A stretch of DNA of 64,000 nucleotides from Lama glama (taxonomy: Eukaryota): contig CM052817.1 in the NCBI GenBank assembly GCA_028534125.1, positions 92,072,001 to 92,136,000 on the forward strand, read 5' to 3'. Below the pieces are notes generated by a model, which was not told where the DNA came from, made no database searches, and saw nothing but the letters and a program-made list of their open reading frames with translations. Positions 13,241 through 25,015 of this stretch are shown here, in pieces (position 1 is the stretch's first letter; each line of letters opens with the position of its first letter). The position numbers and the translations under genes were made by a program.

Positions 13241-14559
13241 AAGCTAAAATTCTAGGTAGAAAAGCTTTATTCAAAGGAGCAATTTATTCATCTTTTTGGA
13301 CAGTCTACAGCTACTACTATGTGATTCCACAAATTCTTATCCAGGCTTTCTTCAGAAACTGAACAGAAGGCCTTTTCTCCTGAGACAAGCCCTGGTGAGT
13401 TCACGGAGAAGCGGGCATTGTAGCAAAAGCCCTGCCTGGACCATGGCTCACAACCAGGCGCAGCCGCATCTTCTATCCTGCCCTCGGGTGCGCAGCTGAG
13501 CTGGCGCTGGCTGAGAGGCCAGCTTTTCTTGAGGCCTTCCAAGACTAAGCAAGAGAAGGAATGTGCTTCTCTGACCTGCCACTAGAAAGGGTCTACTTTT
13601 TTCTTTAATCATTTTGCTGATTTTTAGAGGTTTGGGCCTCTGTGTAGAAACGTGTCCCAAAGCAGACAAGTGTCTGTTCCTGAAATGACCAGTTCTCTGC
13701 ACAAGGCAAAGGAAGCTGTTAGAACCCTTTGGACCAGAGGAGATGGTTAGTGAAAATTCAGCTAGGCTGAAGGAAAACAACCAACCCAAAAAGAGTCCAT
13801 TAGACAGTACTTGTGAGGTGTTCAGACCCGGAGAACTTTGAATGTAGCAGAAAGGCAGATTATACAGAGAAAGGGCTCTCAGCTAGTTCTTGGGTTTGTT
13901 TAGTCTGCTTATCTCAAGTCCAAGCTAATCATCTTAATGGTTGTTTATGAACAGAAAAGGGGTAAAATGGCCTTTCAAAGAAAGCAGGGCAGGCCCAGCC
14001 CAGCCAACACGAGATCACAACTTCCCCTTTCCCCACTTCCCCCAATTTCCGCAGAACCCCAAACTTCTTATTATGAATCTCCACATAGAGCAAGTAAAAC
14101 AACAGATAATAGTTTTATTTATGTCTTATCCTTCTCTTCAAACCAGACTATAACCTCCAAAAAGGGCAGGGACCTCTCTGTTGTTCATAGCTGTATCTGG
14201 CTAATACATCATTTTTGCAATAAAACTTAAAAAAAAAAATCAGAGGGTTAATGGAGTTCTTTAGGGGAAAGAAGGGAACTTAGACTGATTTTAAGGCCCA
14301 GCTTTTTCCTGATGTAGACACCAGAATCTCGTGACCAAGAGTTAACGTGTCCCTCCTGCAAAACAGCCTTTACAAAATCTTCAAACTAAGCCAACTATGG
14401 GTTTCCCAGGGTCAAGGACCTAAACTTCCAAAATTCTAATCCAGTTGGGGGAGGGGAGGGGTTGGCATTGGGAAGAGGCAGTCAACACAGCCATCCTTCT
14501 CTAGGCCACCTACGCCCCCTCCTCAAAGCAGACTCAGAGGAGAAACCAGGTGAGGCATG

Positions 14560-14800
14560 TTTGCCTTAACCGAGAAGCCCTCCTCCAATTAATGCGTTAT
14601 AGCTCCTTTAAAACAGAGAACAAACGGCCGGCAGCTCCTGATCCCGGAGGCTGCAGTGCAGTAATTGTCACTTAGCCACTTAACTCCCCGCTGCACTGCT
14701 CACTCACTTGTCCTGGTTTATCTCTCAGCCAATTACTGCTGTCATTTGCGTTTCAATGTGTGCCGGCAGGGGCCTGGCCCAGGCGACAGAGGAACAGGAA
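14560..14800. promoter_or_regulatory. Candidate enhancer / conserved non-coding element
   Basis: Repeat-free with several CpGs; clustered homeobox (CAATTA/TAATTG), MEIS (TGTCA), NKX (CACTTA x2), GATA (TTATCT) and CCAAT motifs. Confidence 0.35.
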
Positions 14801-16749
14801 ACACCAGGACAGGACGCTGGCTTGCACGGGCTGCCCTGTGGAAGTTGCAGGGGTGTTCTGAAGAGAGGCCCACAAAACCTCTCCAGAGGAACCCAAGGAC
14901 CCAAGGATCCCGACCGCACTGTTCTGAGCCTGGTCTACACCGAGGCAACCGGAAAGAGAGCTATCTGACCCTTAAAAGCCCCAAGTCAACAGTGATGATA
15001 GTGATATTAAAGCACTAGAAATTTTAGCTGCTGAGAGTGACAGCAGACAAGAGACAAGCAGGGGAAGTAGCCAGGATGACTGCAATGTTTTATTGTGAAA
15101 TCAAGGCAGGCACAAGGGCCAATTGTGAAGACAGCAAAACCTTCACTCAGTTCTCACTGCTCTTTTTCAAACTCAGATTTCCACACAGGGGGGTTATTTA
15201 CCTATAATTTGGCCCTGAAGTGTAGGGAACGTGTGGATTTTCATAGGCACTCCTGAGTTGAAATATTTAAAAATTGTATTTGTAGACTATTGCCATATTA
15301 CAGATTTGTGGTAGATTTGTACTTTGTCATAAAATTTGATTTAAAAAAAGATTCCTTGAAGGCATAACCAGATGTGAATTGTTATAATTAAATCAGAAAA
15401 ACAAAGAAACAAACACAACACCTTGCCAGTTGCTGTGTCCAGATTTTTAGTTTCTGAAAAGATGTCTCTCTGGTTGCTCAGTGGGTCCTAACCACAAAAG
15501 TGAAGTCTTGTCTTTGCAAATATTTTGTTTACTCTGCCTTCCTGGATCAAATCTATACACCATTGTTCACTTCCTTAAGGTTTTTATCCCAGAAGATTTA
15601 AACCTCCCCTGTTTGCAGAGGAAGCATCTTAGTTGAAATGTTATTAACCTAGCTTGAGACATCCTTTGGAATGCACTTGATCTACCTGGGACGTAAAAGC
15701 ACGTGGTTTAAACCCTGACTACTACGGGAAGCAAAGGGGAAAGGATGAGAGGCTGAGGAACAGACCAAGTCTTTTACAACTGGCTCCTGCCTGATCCACT
15801 ACAGATGGTTGGCAGCAACTAGGAAGGCAGCATGTGCCAATGTAGAGGGCAGATTATCTACTGGCTGGCTGGCTGGTAGGCGATCTCTGGGTTGTCAGCA
15901 TCTTCGTTTCCCCAGCTGAATAGCAGTGAGGTTGTCTTGCTCACCCTGCAATTTGCAGCAAGCTCCCTCTGACATTCCATCCTCCAAAGCTCCAGCAACC
16001 ACAGCAGAAGGGCAGCAGCTGAAGCTGGAGATCTGTTCTAGCTGATCTACACAGCCCAGTCTCTGGGTCTAAAATACTCCTCCTAACTTCTCTGCCAATG
16101 AGCATTCACAGGCCTGATGACGTTAACAGGCACCGTTGGCTCTGTTTGCAGGCAAGCTCCGTGTACACCAGGATTTCACCCAGCTAAGGAAGAAATCTGG
16201 GAGGGAAAGGGGGAGGGGGCACGGGAAGATGAACCTGCCCTCCTGCTGAGTGTGTGGAGAGGGGCTCAAAGGGCTGGTGAGGTGCCAAAGTAATTGTCTA
16301 CCTCATCTTCGGCTGTGGAAAAATGAGATGGCCTAGCTTGAGCTGACTGCCATCCTCAGGCTCCACACTCCCTACTGAATACCAGAGAAGGGAGTCTGTC
16401 CAGTGAATAACCAAGAAAAATTACACGTCAAATAAAGCTAACCAGGGGCCTCCGATGCTGGCTGGGGGAGACCCCCACGGCCCTCACTCATCTTCTCTCA
16501 CCTTTTCTAATTAAGAAAACTTTAAACTTGGAACTAATTTGCTCCTTTCCTGCTCCTTTTCAGTCATCACCCTGACCCAGCTCTGCTGAGAGAAAGAGAG
16601 AGCACTTCAAAAGATGGAGAGTGTGGTTCCTGAGATGGCTAGTGGCCAGAGTGTGAACTTCCTAATTAGGGGCCCACACAAAAGTCACTTTCCCTTCCTT
16701 TCGTGTTTTTAAAAGTGCTGTTTCAAGCTGAACACACTATTCAAACATC

Positions 16750-16810
16750 TTCCCCTTCCCTCCCTCCCTCCCTCTTTCCTCTGTCTCTCTCTGTCTCTGT
16801 TTCTGTCTCA
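16750..16810. repeat. Pyrimidine-rich low-complexity tract (CCCT/CT/CTGT)n
   Basis: Direct reading. Confidence 0.85.
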
Positions 16811-17339
16811 GCTGAGCAGTAGCTTCATCTCTCTGGGTTACAGAGTGTGCAATAAACTGTCCTTTTTCCTTTGTCTCAAAGCCAAAAGTCATTTGATAGA
16901 GAAACAAGTTCCTCTTCTCCGGCCCTTCCCCCGTGAGTGGCCGCCCGCTGAGGTCTGGAAGCCTGCCACTGATAGATGGCCCAGAACGAAACCCAGGCCA
17001 ACCAGCAGGGCGGATCTAGGCCCACGTCTGCAAAGGAGCTGCCCGGCCACAGCCTGGGCTGCTGCTCCCCATCGTCCTCAAAGCTGCCCTCGGGGTTGGG
17101 GGGTGTGGCTCAGCCAGGAGCCCCCCCTTTCTCAGCATCACAGAGTTGGGGTGCAACATACCTTTCTCCACTCTCTTTTGTCAGATTTAACTTTGAACGA
17201 GAAGAACCTTTGCTCCTACCTATCCATTTCCAGCCACGCCAGCGGCTCTCTCCAACTCTCACAGAGCAAAGCCGTGGGACCCCCCACCCCAAACCCAGAT
17301 TCTCTGAGAGATCATCCTGAGAGCTCAGCCTGGACCGCC

Positions 17340-17980
17340 AGTGCTGCCCTGCCCATCTCCACAGACAGGCCAAACCTGCACATCCAAAGTGGAATCCATT
17401 ATCTTCCTCTCCAAAGTGACCCTTCCCTTAGTGACACCCCTGCCCTTAGGGCTGGGGTGCAGGCTTCACTGCTCCCTCTCCTCACCCCCTGCAGCCATCA
17501 ACAAGCTTTTAGAATTTTACTTCACACCCATGTCTCAAATCCAGCTCCCAGAATCCAGAGATGAGGCCATGGCCCTAGTTCAAGCCCAAACCCATACCAT
17601 TCATAATCCTCACCCACCTGCCCCCGAGGAAAGACCTAATACATAACTCCATGGTCCAGTGCCCCTTTCTCAGCATGACGGTCTGAACCCATATGCCTCT
17701 CCACCGTCACTGCAGTCACTCCCAGCAGCACGACCTGCAGTGCCAGCCTCCCCCTTGTCCTGGCTCACCTGAGAATCGCCCCTTCCCCACCTCATGCATC
17801 TAATAACTAAACTTTGCCTAGTCTTTTTCTTTGACTTCTCCACCTGCACAGTACGCTACGTGCTGCCCCTCTGGGCCCCCATCATGTTCACACACATTTC
17901 TGTCACTACACCTAGTTCCTCCTGGGCACCTAGGGGTGAGGGGCAGTGCCTGAATAATATTTCTGCTTGTGGTCTCAGCA
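17340..17980 (+). mobile_element. L2 LINE fragment (highly diverged)
   Basis: aacctgcacatccaaagtggaatccattatcttcc...tgtctcaaatccagc...gccctagttcaagccc. Confidence 0.6.
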
Positions 17981-20038
17981 CCCAGTTCACACAGGGACAC
18001 CTGTTACACACAGCAGGTTCTCAGCAACTGGGACACTGCACTTATGCCTTCAGATGACAGGTTAATGCCATCTATTACCGCAGGGCAATCCATACCTTAG
18101 TCAGAATTAGATCCATTTCCGTGCTATCTATTTAAAGGAGACAGGCTCCCAGACACCAAGGATTGTGTCTACGTAACATGTTTTGTCTGGCAACTTATCT
18201 GCTTCGGGTACTTAACAATGTGATGGAGTTGAAGGTGATGACGATGACAATGACGTCAACTGTGGCAGGAAACTGGAGACGATTAGACATCCTTTTATTC
18301 TCTGATGCTGCGTCGTTGCTTAAAACAGTACGTGGTGAGTCACAGAATGACAGCTTGTCTTGAAGCCTTAACTCACCAGAATCCAGGCTGGAACCTTAGG
18401 CAGACACACTCCGGAGAAGCCTAATATCAGAAAGTATGCACACGAGAGCTCGAAGAGAGAACTTTTTAGAGATCATCTGGTCTGCACTCACAGCTATTTG
18501 CTCTAGCTTTAACTCCACCTCCAGTAATTTGTGTGATTTCATCCCCCACGCACAGCAAGTTAGATGTAAAATATGGGTGGGGTGAGGTGGATAGAGGCTC
18601 CCAAGGGCCAACACAGTGGTAGCAGTACAAGGGCTACTGATGTGCGAAAAAGGAGACAAATTGTAAAAGAACACAAAGTACTCAGCAGTCTGGGGACATT
18701 TCACGTTTACGGACAATGAGTTCACATGTGAACAGACCCTAATGACACCATCACACAACAGAGGTACGATATTTACCCTGATAACAATGGCTGAGATATT
18801 AAGAGAGAGTGAATTCTGTCCAATAATCTCTTCTTGCAGAGGGAAGGAGATGCAAAATATTTTAAGAATGGCTTCTATCAAAGAGTGTGGTTAGGTTGTT
18901 TTTGTTTTTGTTTTGTTTGTTTGCTTTAAGTTTTAGCACTTACTGGGGTCCACTGTGTTTATGGGGAAATCTTACACTGAGACAAATGAACCACTGCTCA
19001 CCCTCACCCAGCTGGAACTACGTAACCACTTCACGGGCCTTGCCCACCAAGACCTACGATGACCTAAAACGACTCAACACCCTAGAGAGCTCATTTGTAT
19101 GGGCAGCTGTATTTTAAAACACAATGAAACCGGAAACCCGATCTGCCAAAAAAACGACCAAATATAGCCTGTCCCACACCTCCCCATCCATGAGAAACGC
19201 AGACTAAGATTAAAATTCAGGTCAAGAGCACAAGAGGTGGATCTATTTCAAGGCAGATTCCACTACTGAAACATTTTTTTTTTTTTAGGTCTGGATAATC
19301 CTCGCTCCTCTGTCCCTCTTGCATCTCCTCTCCTGACAGTGGTGTCTCCCCTGCTGGGTACCTATCTTGCCCTCCTCTCCTGCCTCCCACTGCCCCTCAC
19401 CATTTTCTCAGACCCTCAAATGTAGTGGAGCAGCTCAGATGAGGGAAAAAGCGAAGACTAGATTCTGTTCACTTCATGCCAAAATCATTTCTTCCATGTT
19501 CAGCAGGTACCACCCAGGTAAACCCAAAGAAGGAGAGGGCGGGAGATACCTGGTTGTTCTTCCACGAAAGATAGAAGTTGGAAATGGGATTAAAAGAAAA
19601 GGCTGTTGGCTTAGAAGATACTAAAAGAGAAGCTCTTTTAGAAACAGGATATTGCAAGAGGGAATGCACCGAGGGGAAAGAGAGGGTGGAGGGTGGCCAG
19701 AAAGAAGAAATGGGTTAATCCTCTGAACAATAGCAAAGAGTTAAGTAAAGAGAATGATGGGAAAGAGGGTAAAATTTGGTCACTCATCTGACTATTCCTG
19801 AAAGACCAGAAATTTCACAACAGCATCTTCCAGCTCACTTTCTTCACTTCCTGGTGATAACAAGGAGGTGAATACTTTAGCAAGATGGGAGAAACTACTG
19901 CAATATTCCCAGTACTGTGTTTCCACCAAATGTTTCCAAACAGGCATATGATAGGACCATTAACCAGCTATCACTGACTGGTTTGGCATTTTGTCAAAAC
20001 CCCCATGTTAAGAAACTTGTCTTAAAAATAACATTTTT

Positions 20039-20322
20039 CAAACTTAACGGTTATCAGAGGGGGGAAAAGGGGTGTGATGGGATAAATTGGGAGTTTGAGA
20101 TTTGCAGATACTAACTACTGTATATAAAATAGATAAACAACAAGGTCCTACTGTATAGCACAGGGAAGTATAGTCAATATACTGTAGGAGCCCATAATGA
20201 AAAAGAATATGAAAATGAATATATGTATATATATATGTATGACTGAAACATTATGCTGTGCACCAGAGATTGACACATTGTAAACTAACTATACTTCAAT
20301 AAAAAACAAAATAAAATAAAAT
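20039..20322 (+). mobile_element. 5'-truncated cetartiodactyl-type L1 3' end with (AAAAT)n tail
   Basis: gggataaattgggagtttgagatttgcagatac...ctgtatagcacaggg...tgtaaactaactatacttcaataaaa; TSD aaaataac(a/g)ttttt at 20025-20038 and 20323-20336. Confidence 0.95.
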
Positions 20323-20414
20323 AAAATAACGTTTTTAAAGCTAAAATCTTCAAGTCTTCCATATTTTTCTCCACAATAATTAACAACAGAGTAGTAGACT
20401 AGAAAGAAACCTAG

Positions 20415-20475
20415 TGATTCATTTATTCAGCATGCATTGAGCACCTACTATGTGCTTGGTCCAAGTTCTTAAGAG
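20415..20475 (-). mobile_element. L2 3' end
   Basis: attcatttattcagcatgcattgagcacctactatgtgc. Confidence 0.75.
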
Positions 20476-20580
20476 TTCTCACATTTTCAAACTGGGGTAA
20501 CTTCTGTTTTGCTTGCATGAAGTGTATTAATTTATACCCAAACAGTATTCTGATAAAAAATATAGGGTACACTCAAAAGC

Positions 20581-20779
20581 GCAAAGGTTAAAGAACTGTA
20601 CAAATCCAGGTTTGAATTCCAGCTCGATTACACGTAAGGTGCTTATCCTTGGGCAGGTAACTTAGCTTCTATAGGTGTCAATTCCTTCCTCTGTGTAAAG
20701 GAGGACCAGGTGTCACTGTTTTGTGAAGATTAAATGAGACATCGGACATAAAACTCCAAGCAGAACCTGGCACCTGGCA
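20581..20779 (+). mobile_element. MIR SINE
   Basis: ggtttgaattccagctc...ccttgggcaggtaacttagcttct...tgtgaagattaaatgaga...cctggcac. Confidence 0.8.
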
Positions 20780-20885
20780 TTTATGCAATCGTTTATTCAG
20801 TGACTATTTCCTGAGCACCTACTCCATGCAGGCCCTGATCTAGCCATGAGCCTCAGCAACAAAAAAGAGTAGCAAGATCCCTCCT
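20780..20885 (-). mobile_element. L2 3' end
   Basis: tttattcagtgactatttcctgagcacctactccatgcaggccctg. Confidence 0.65.
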
Positions 20886-21734
20886 CTCTCCTCCTCCTTC
20901 ACATATCACCACTGGGACTAAGCAGGGCTCTGAAAACCTGTGAACCTGAAACCCAGTGGATGCTGTACCGATATTCCAGATGTCATGATTTTCAATATCT
21001 CATTTTGACCTGAGTCAGGAATCACATCTTCAAGGGAGAGTCTGCTTGCGGCCTTGAGTCCTGAGCGCTCGAGCGCAAAGGCTCAGTGATTCCTGGTCCG
21101 TGTCAGGCTGTTCACTGGGGAACCCAAACGCAGATGGCTGGGGCGGCCCAGCCCCTGGCCTTCAGGGTGTAGCAGAAATAGAACTTAGGAGACATAGATT
21201 GTTGTCCCTTTTGCCTTTGTGCTCTTAAGATGAGAAAGGTGACTTATTTTGTGATGGGGACGGGGGACCTCTATACAGAGGAAGTTCCCAAATGAACTGC
21301 TACATTGTTGCTCTTACTCTCTGACTCCTTTTTATTTTCCTTACCAGCCCTCCCTGGTGTCTTGGTCGGCTCCAGATGTGGCACAATACATTCTTTGTGT
21401 ACAAGATTCTAATATGCAATAAGACCAGTTATTAGGCCCACAATCATTTATGCACCAAAAAGAGAGTATCAGGTAAACAGACATGAATTGTGTAATTTGC
21501 TTTCTTATTGCTAACATTTAAGGCAAGAGAATTGATAAATGAAAGAAACTTACTGAAAACTTTAAACATCTGAAAACTCTATTCAAGTATGTATGTGCTT
21601 GATCCAGACATACAACTCAGGGGCAAACATTTTTATAAACTCTTTAACGAAATCTGTGTTCTCTATTTTTGTTACTGGCACAACCGTCCACCTAGTAGGG
21701 AATTTTTGGTTCTTTTCAACAGGTAAGGCAATGA

Positions 21735-21915
21735 GGTTTTGTGGAAAGTCACAGAAGCCTGGCTTTGAATCTCAATCCTCTGTACTTTTAGCTATCCAGA
21801 GTCAAGGAGGGTCTTAAATGTTTCTAAACTTCAGTGACCTCATCTGAAAAATGGATTTTTGAGAGAAATAAATTAGATTTGGGATATAACCAAAGTGAGG
21901 CATTCAGAAAAAGCT
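21735..21915 (+). mobile_element. MIR SINE (diverged)
   Basis: agtcacagaagcctggctttgaatctc...cttcagtgacctcatctgaaaaatgg. Confidence 0.65.
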
Positions 21916-21984
21916 ATTCCTCTCCCCGCCCCTCCCAGCACACCACTCTCAGAACCTTTCTCTTCCATTCTACTGCCCAGTGAC

Positions 21985-22470
21985 TGCTCTTCTGGACTAC
22001 TGTCCTCTGACTGTTTTCTTGGCCTTGAATGCAATTCCTCCAACCCACCTCAAAACTGCTGCTAGAAAGCATTCAGAATCAGCAATCTGATTGTGGCACA
22101 CCTCTGCCATAAATCCCTGCATGGCCATTATATTCAGAACAACTCTGCATTCAGAGCAAAGTCTGCCACCCCACTACCACCCATCTGCTCAGCCTCAGTG
22201 CCCATGCCCACCCCACCTCTGCCCCCTGAATGACGTTCCAGGCTCCCAGCCATGGTTTGCAGGTCACACCATCTGCTCTGTGCGTTGACTCACTGACTCT
22301 CCCTGCCCCTCCTCCCGGATGCCATCCTCACTCCACCCCCTCCCATCTGTAGAGACCACCATCCTTCTCAAGGCTCAGCTCAGATGCCACCTCCCTTTGA
22401 AACCCTTGTGCTTTCCCAGCTGACTCAGCGCTCCACTCACACCTTGATGATACCTTTCTCAATTTTATTA
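21985..22470 (+). mobile_element. L2 LINE fragment
   Basis: ctggactactg...ctgctgctagaaag...aatctgattgtggcac...tccttctcaaggctcagctcagatgccacctcc. Confidence 0.7.
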
Positions 22471-22746
22471 CTTAAGTTTTGTGTTCTAGAGTTACCCACA
22501 TCCATCATGGTCCTTCTCCATTGGATTGTTAGTTCTTCCACATTATATACGTTTTAAAGAAGAATCCTCACGTTTGATCATTCCTTATATGAAGAAGATA
22601 GAACCAAAAGGTAAAAGTGGGGCAAGACGTTCCCAAGGTGTTTCCAATGGCAAAAGAAAACTAAAATGCACTAGAAATGAAGTCTTGGATGTATTTAGAA
22701 AAAAAAATTAAGAAAACCCCAGCAAACCACAGAGGTGTTTGCCATC

Positions 22747-23354
22747 TGTGGTGGATTAAGGATGGCCACAAATTCTTTGATCTTTCTTGCACTGACAGGT
22801 GAGTTTATTTCCCTCCTGTTGAAAGAGAACTGCTTGTAACCAGTTTCACCAACAGAGTGACATTATGCCATTTTCGAGCCTAGCATCATACATGACTAAC
22901 AGCTTTGGCCTTGGTCTCTTGGAACCCTGAGCCTCCCTGGGAGACACAGGATTACCCTAATGCAAAAATCTCATGGAGAGGCCCTGAGTCTACCCAGAGA
23001 GGCAGAGGGACCCAGGGGAGATCAGCCTTCCAGGAATCCTTGCCAAAGTGCCAGGCAGGTGAGTGAAGCCATACTGGACCCTCCAGACCAGCCCAACCAT
23101 TGACTGAACACTGCTGAGTGACCTGTGACATCCTGCAGGGAAACAGAAGGGTCACCTAGCTGAGCTCTGCTCCAATTCATGATCAACAAAATCACAGATA
23201 TGATTAAATGGTGGTTCTTTCAAGCCACCAAGTATTTTTTAAATATATTTTTATGAAAGTATAGTCAGTTTGTAATGTTGTGTCAATTTTTGGTGTACAG
23301 CACATTAAACCAAGTGTTGATGTGGTTTGCTAGCAGCAATGGGGAATCAGAACA
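22747..23354 (+). mobile_element. Solo MaLR LTR (MLT1F/G/H-like), full length
   Basis: TG...CA ends with a perfect 5-bp TSD ccatc (22742-22746 / 23355-23359); ggccacaaattctttga, gtgagtgaagccat, ttcaagccacca, gtggtttgctagcagcaat. Confidence 0.9.
23234..23308 (-). mobile_element. L1 extreme 3' terminus nested in the MLT1 LTR
   Basis: tttatgaaagtatagtcagtttgtaatgttgtgtcaatttttggtgtacagca; TSD accaagt at 23227-23233 / 23309-23315. Confidence 0.85.
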
Positions 23355-24449
23355 CCATCTTAATCAGTTTTAGCTGAGCACCCTAACCTAACTACTAGAA
23401 TACTTTTCCTCCGAAGGGAATACTTCTCTTACTTATCAATAGATAGACTAGTTGGGGGAAACTGAACTTATCTTAAAGAAATGTGCACTGCACATTACAC
23501 ATGTGGATTATGACCCCCGCTGTCGTAGAGCCTGGTAGATTGCTCATCTCAACTAGATAAGCCACAAGCTGAGGGCAGCAGCCAAGGCGTACACCACATA
23601 CACCTTGTCCTGCAGGACAACGTGCACAGCAGGGGCTCTGTACTATTGAATGTCTGATTTATTGACTGCCAGTTTAGTAAAGAGCATCGTACTGGAGGTA
23701 CAGAACCTAAGCTCTATTCTTTACTTTGAAAAGGGAAAAGACAGACTTGTCCACTAATATCTGAACAGACATAGTTAACAGAACTTTAGGAGCAATCCAG
23801 TAGAATGCTGTAGGGGAAGCCAGGAGACTCTCCATCCTGTCCTTAACCACCCACACCTCCTTATGCCTATAAGGAAGAAATCTTTGTGCCTTCATCTGCC
23901 TAACTATCTGAAGGGGAGGATCACATCTGATATCTCTTAGATCAGTATACATTAGAAGTGAAGTGATTTTAAGGATTGAAAACACCTTCAGTTCCTTGGC
24001 CAAACAATGGTGGGTAAACTCAAGCTACTACACTATTTTGCAGATATATGTGATTCTCGTGTATAAAGCAGCCTGAATTAGTAGATGCACTTCCATGTGC
24101 TGGGTCAGCCGAGCACTTGCGTAACATTTACTAGATTTCTTGTCTTTAAAGTATAGTAAATAAAACACTAAAACATATGGAGATTTCAACTAACTTCTGA
24201 AGGAGATATAACATGTGTTGGAATCAGAAAAGAAACATTCGTGCCCTAAGTCTAGGTCTTCTATATAAGACATCAGCCAGGAAAAATGTGGTGGGAACCT
24301 CCGAACTTATCTGTGTAATGATGTGTGTTGTTTTGTTGTAATGCTGAGTGCTTAGCAAAAAGCCTGGGCCATTAGCCTGTTCTTGTGGGCATCAACCCCT
24401 CCATATAGGAGATGGCATCTGCTGAGGCCCTATGTGGATTGCACTGTAT

Positions 24450-25015
24450 CCCTTATTCTCATACAGAAATCCTACAACATTAAGAATGATTCCTGACTCC
24501 ATCTTCAATTTCGATGGCGAAATTGAGGCCTGGAGATTCTATAACTCTCCTGTATTAGTTTGCTATTGCTGCCATCCCAAAATACCACAGACTGAGTGAA
24601 TGGCTTAAACAACAGAAATTTTGTTTCTCCTAGTTCTGGAGGCTGGGAGTTCAAGATTAAGGAGCTGGCACGTGTGGCTTCTCCCCAAGTCTCTCTCTTT
24701 GGCTTGCAGGCAGCTGCCCTCTCACTGGGACCTCTCCTGGCCTCATCTCTGTGTGCAGGCACACCTGGTGTCTCTTTGTCTTACAAGGATACAAGTCATA
24801 CTGAATTAGGGGCTCCACCCTTTGACCTCATTTGACTTTATCTCCCTAAAGGCGTTATCTCCAAGTACAGTCACACTGGGGGTTAGGGCTTCAACTTATG
24901 AATTTTGGGGGGACATAACTGAGTCCATAACATCTCCCCAGGTCACAAAGCTAGTCAGTGCTGGAGCCGGGGTGTGCATCCCAGCCTCCTGCCTATAATC
25001 CACCCAACTGCTGTC
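24450..25015 (-). mobile_element. MIR SINE split by an MLT1 insertion
   Basis: gatggcgaaattgaggcctggaga (before 24551) rejoins ccccaggtcacaaagctagtcagtgctggagccggg (after 24932). Confidence 0.75.
24551..24932 (-). mobile_element. Solo MaLR LTR (MLT1A/B-like), full length
   Basis: tgtattagtttgctattgctgcc...ctagttctggaggctgggagttcaagat...tgaattttggggggaca...ccataaca; perfect TSD tctcc at 24546-24550 / 24933-24937. Confidence 0.95.

Noticed and set aside
16845..17564. 239-aa ORF
   Set aside because: GTG start, Pro/Ser-rich from GC composition, 3' part lies in L2 sequence, no recognisable homology
18235..18305. C/D-box snoRNA-like spacing (GTGATGA...CTGA, 71 nt)
   Set aside because: No terminal stem, no convincing C'/D' boxes or recognisable rRNA guide; the motifs are better explained as DNA-binding sites
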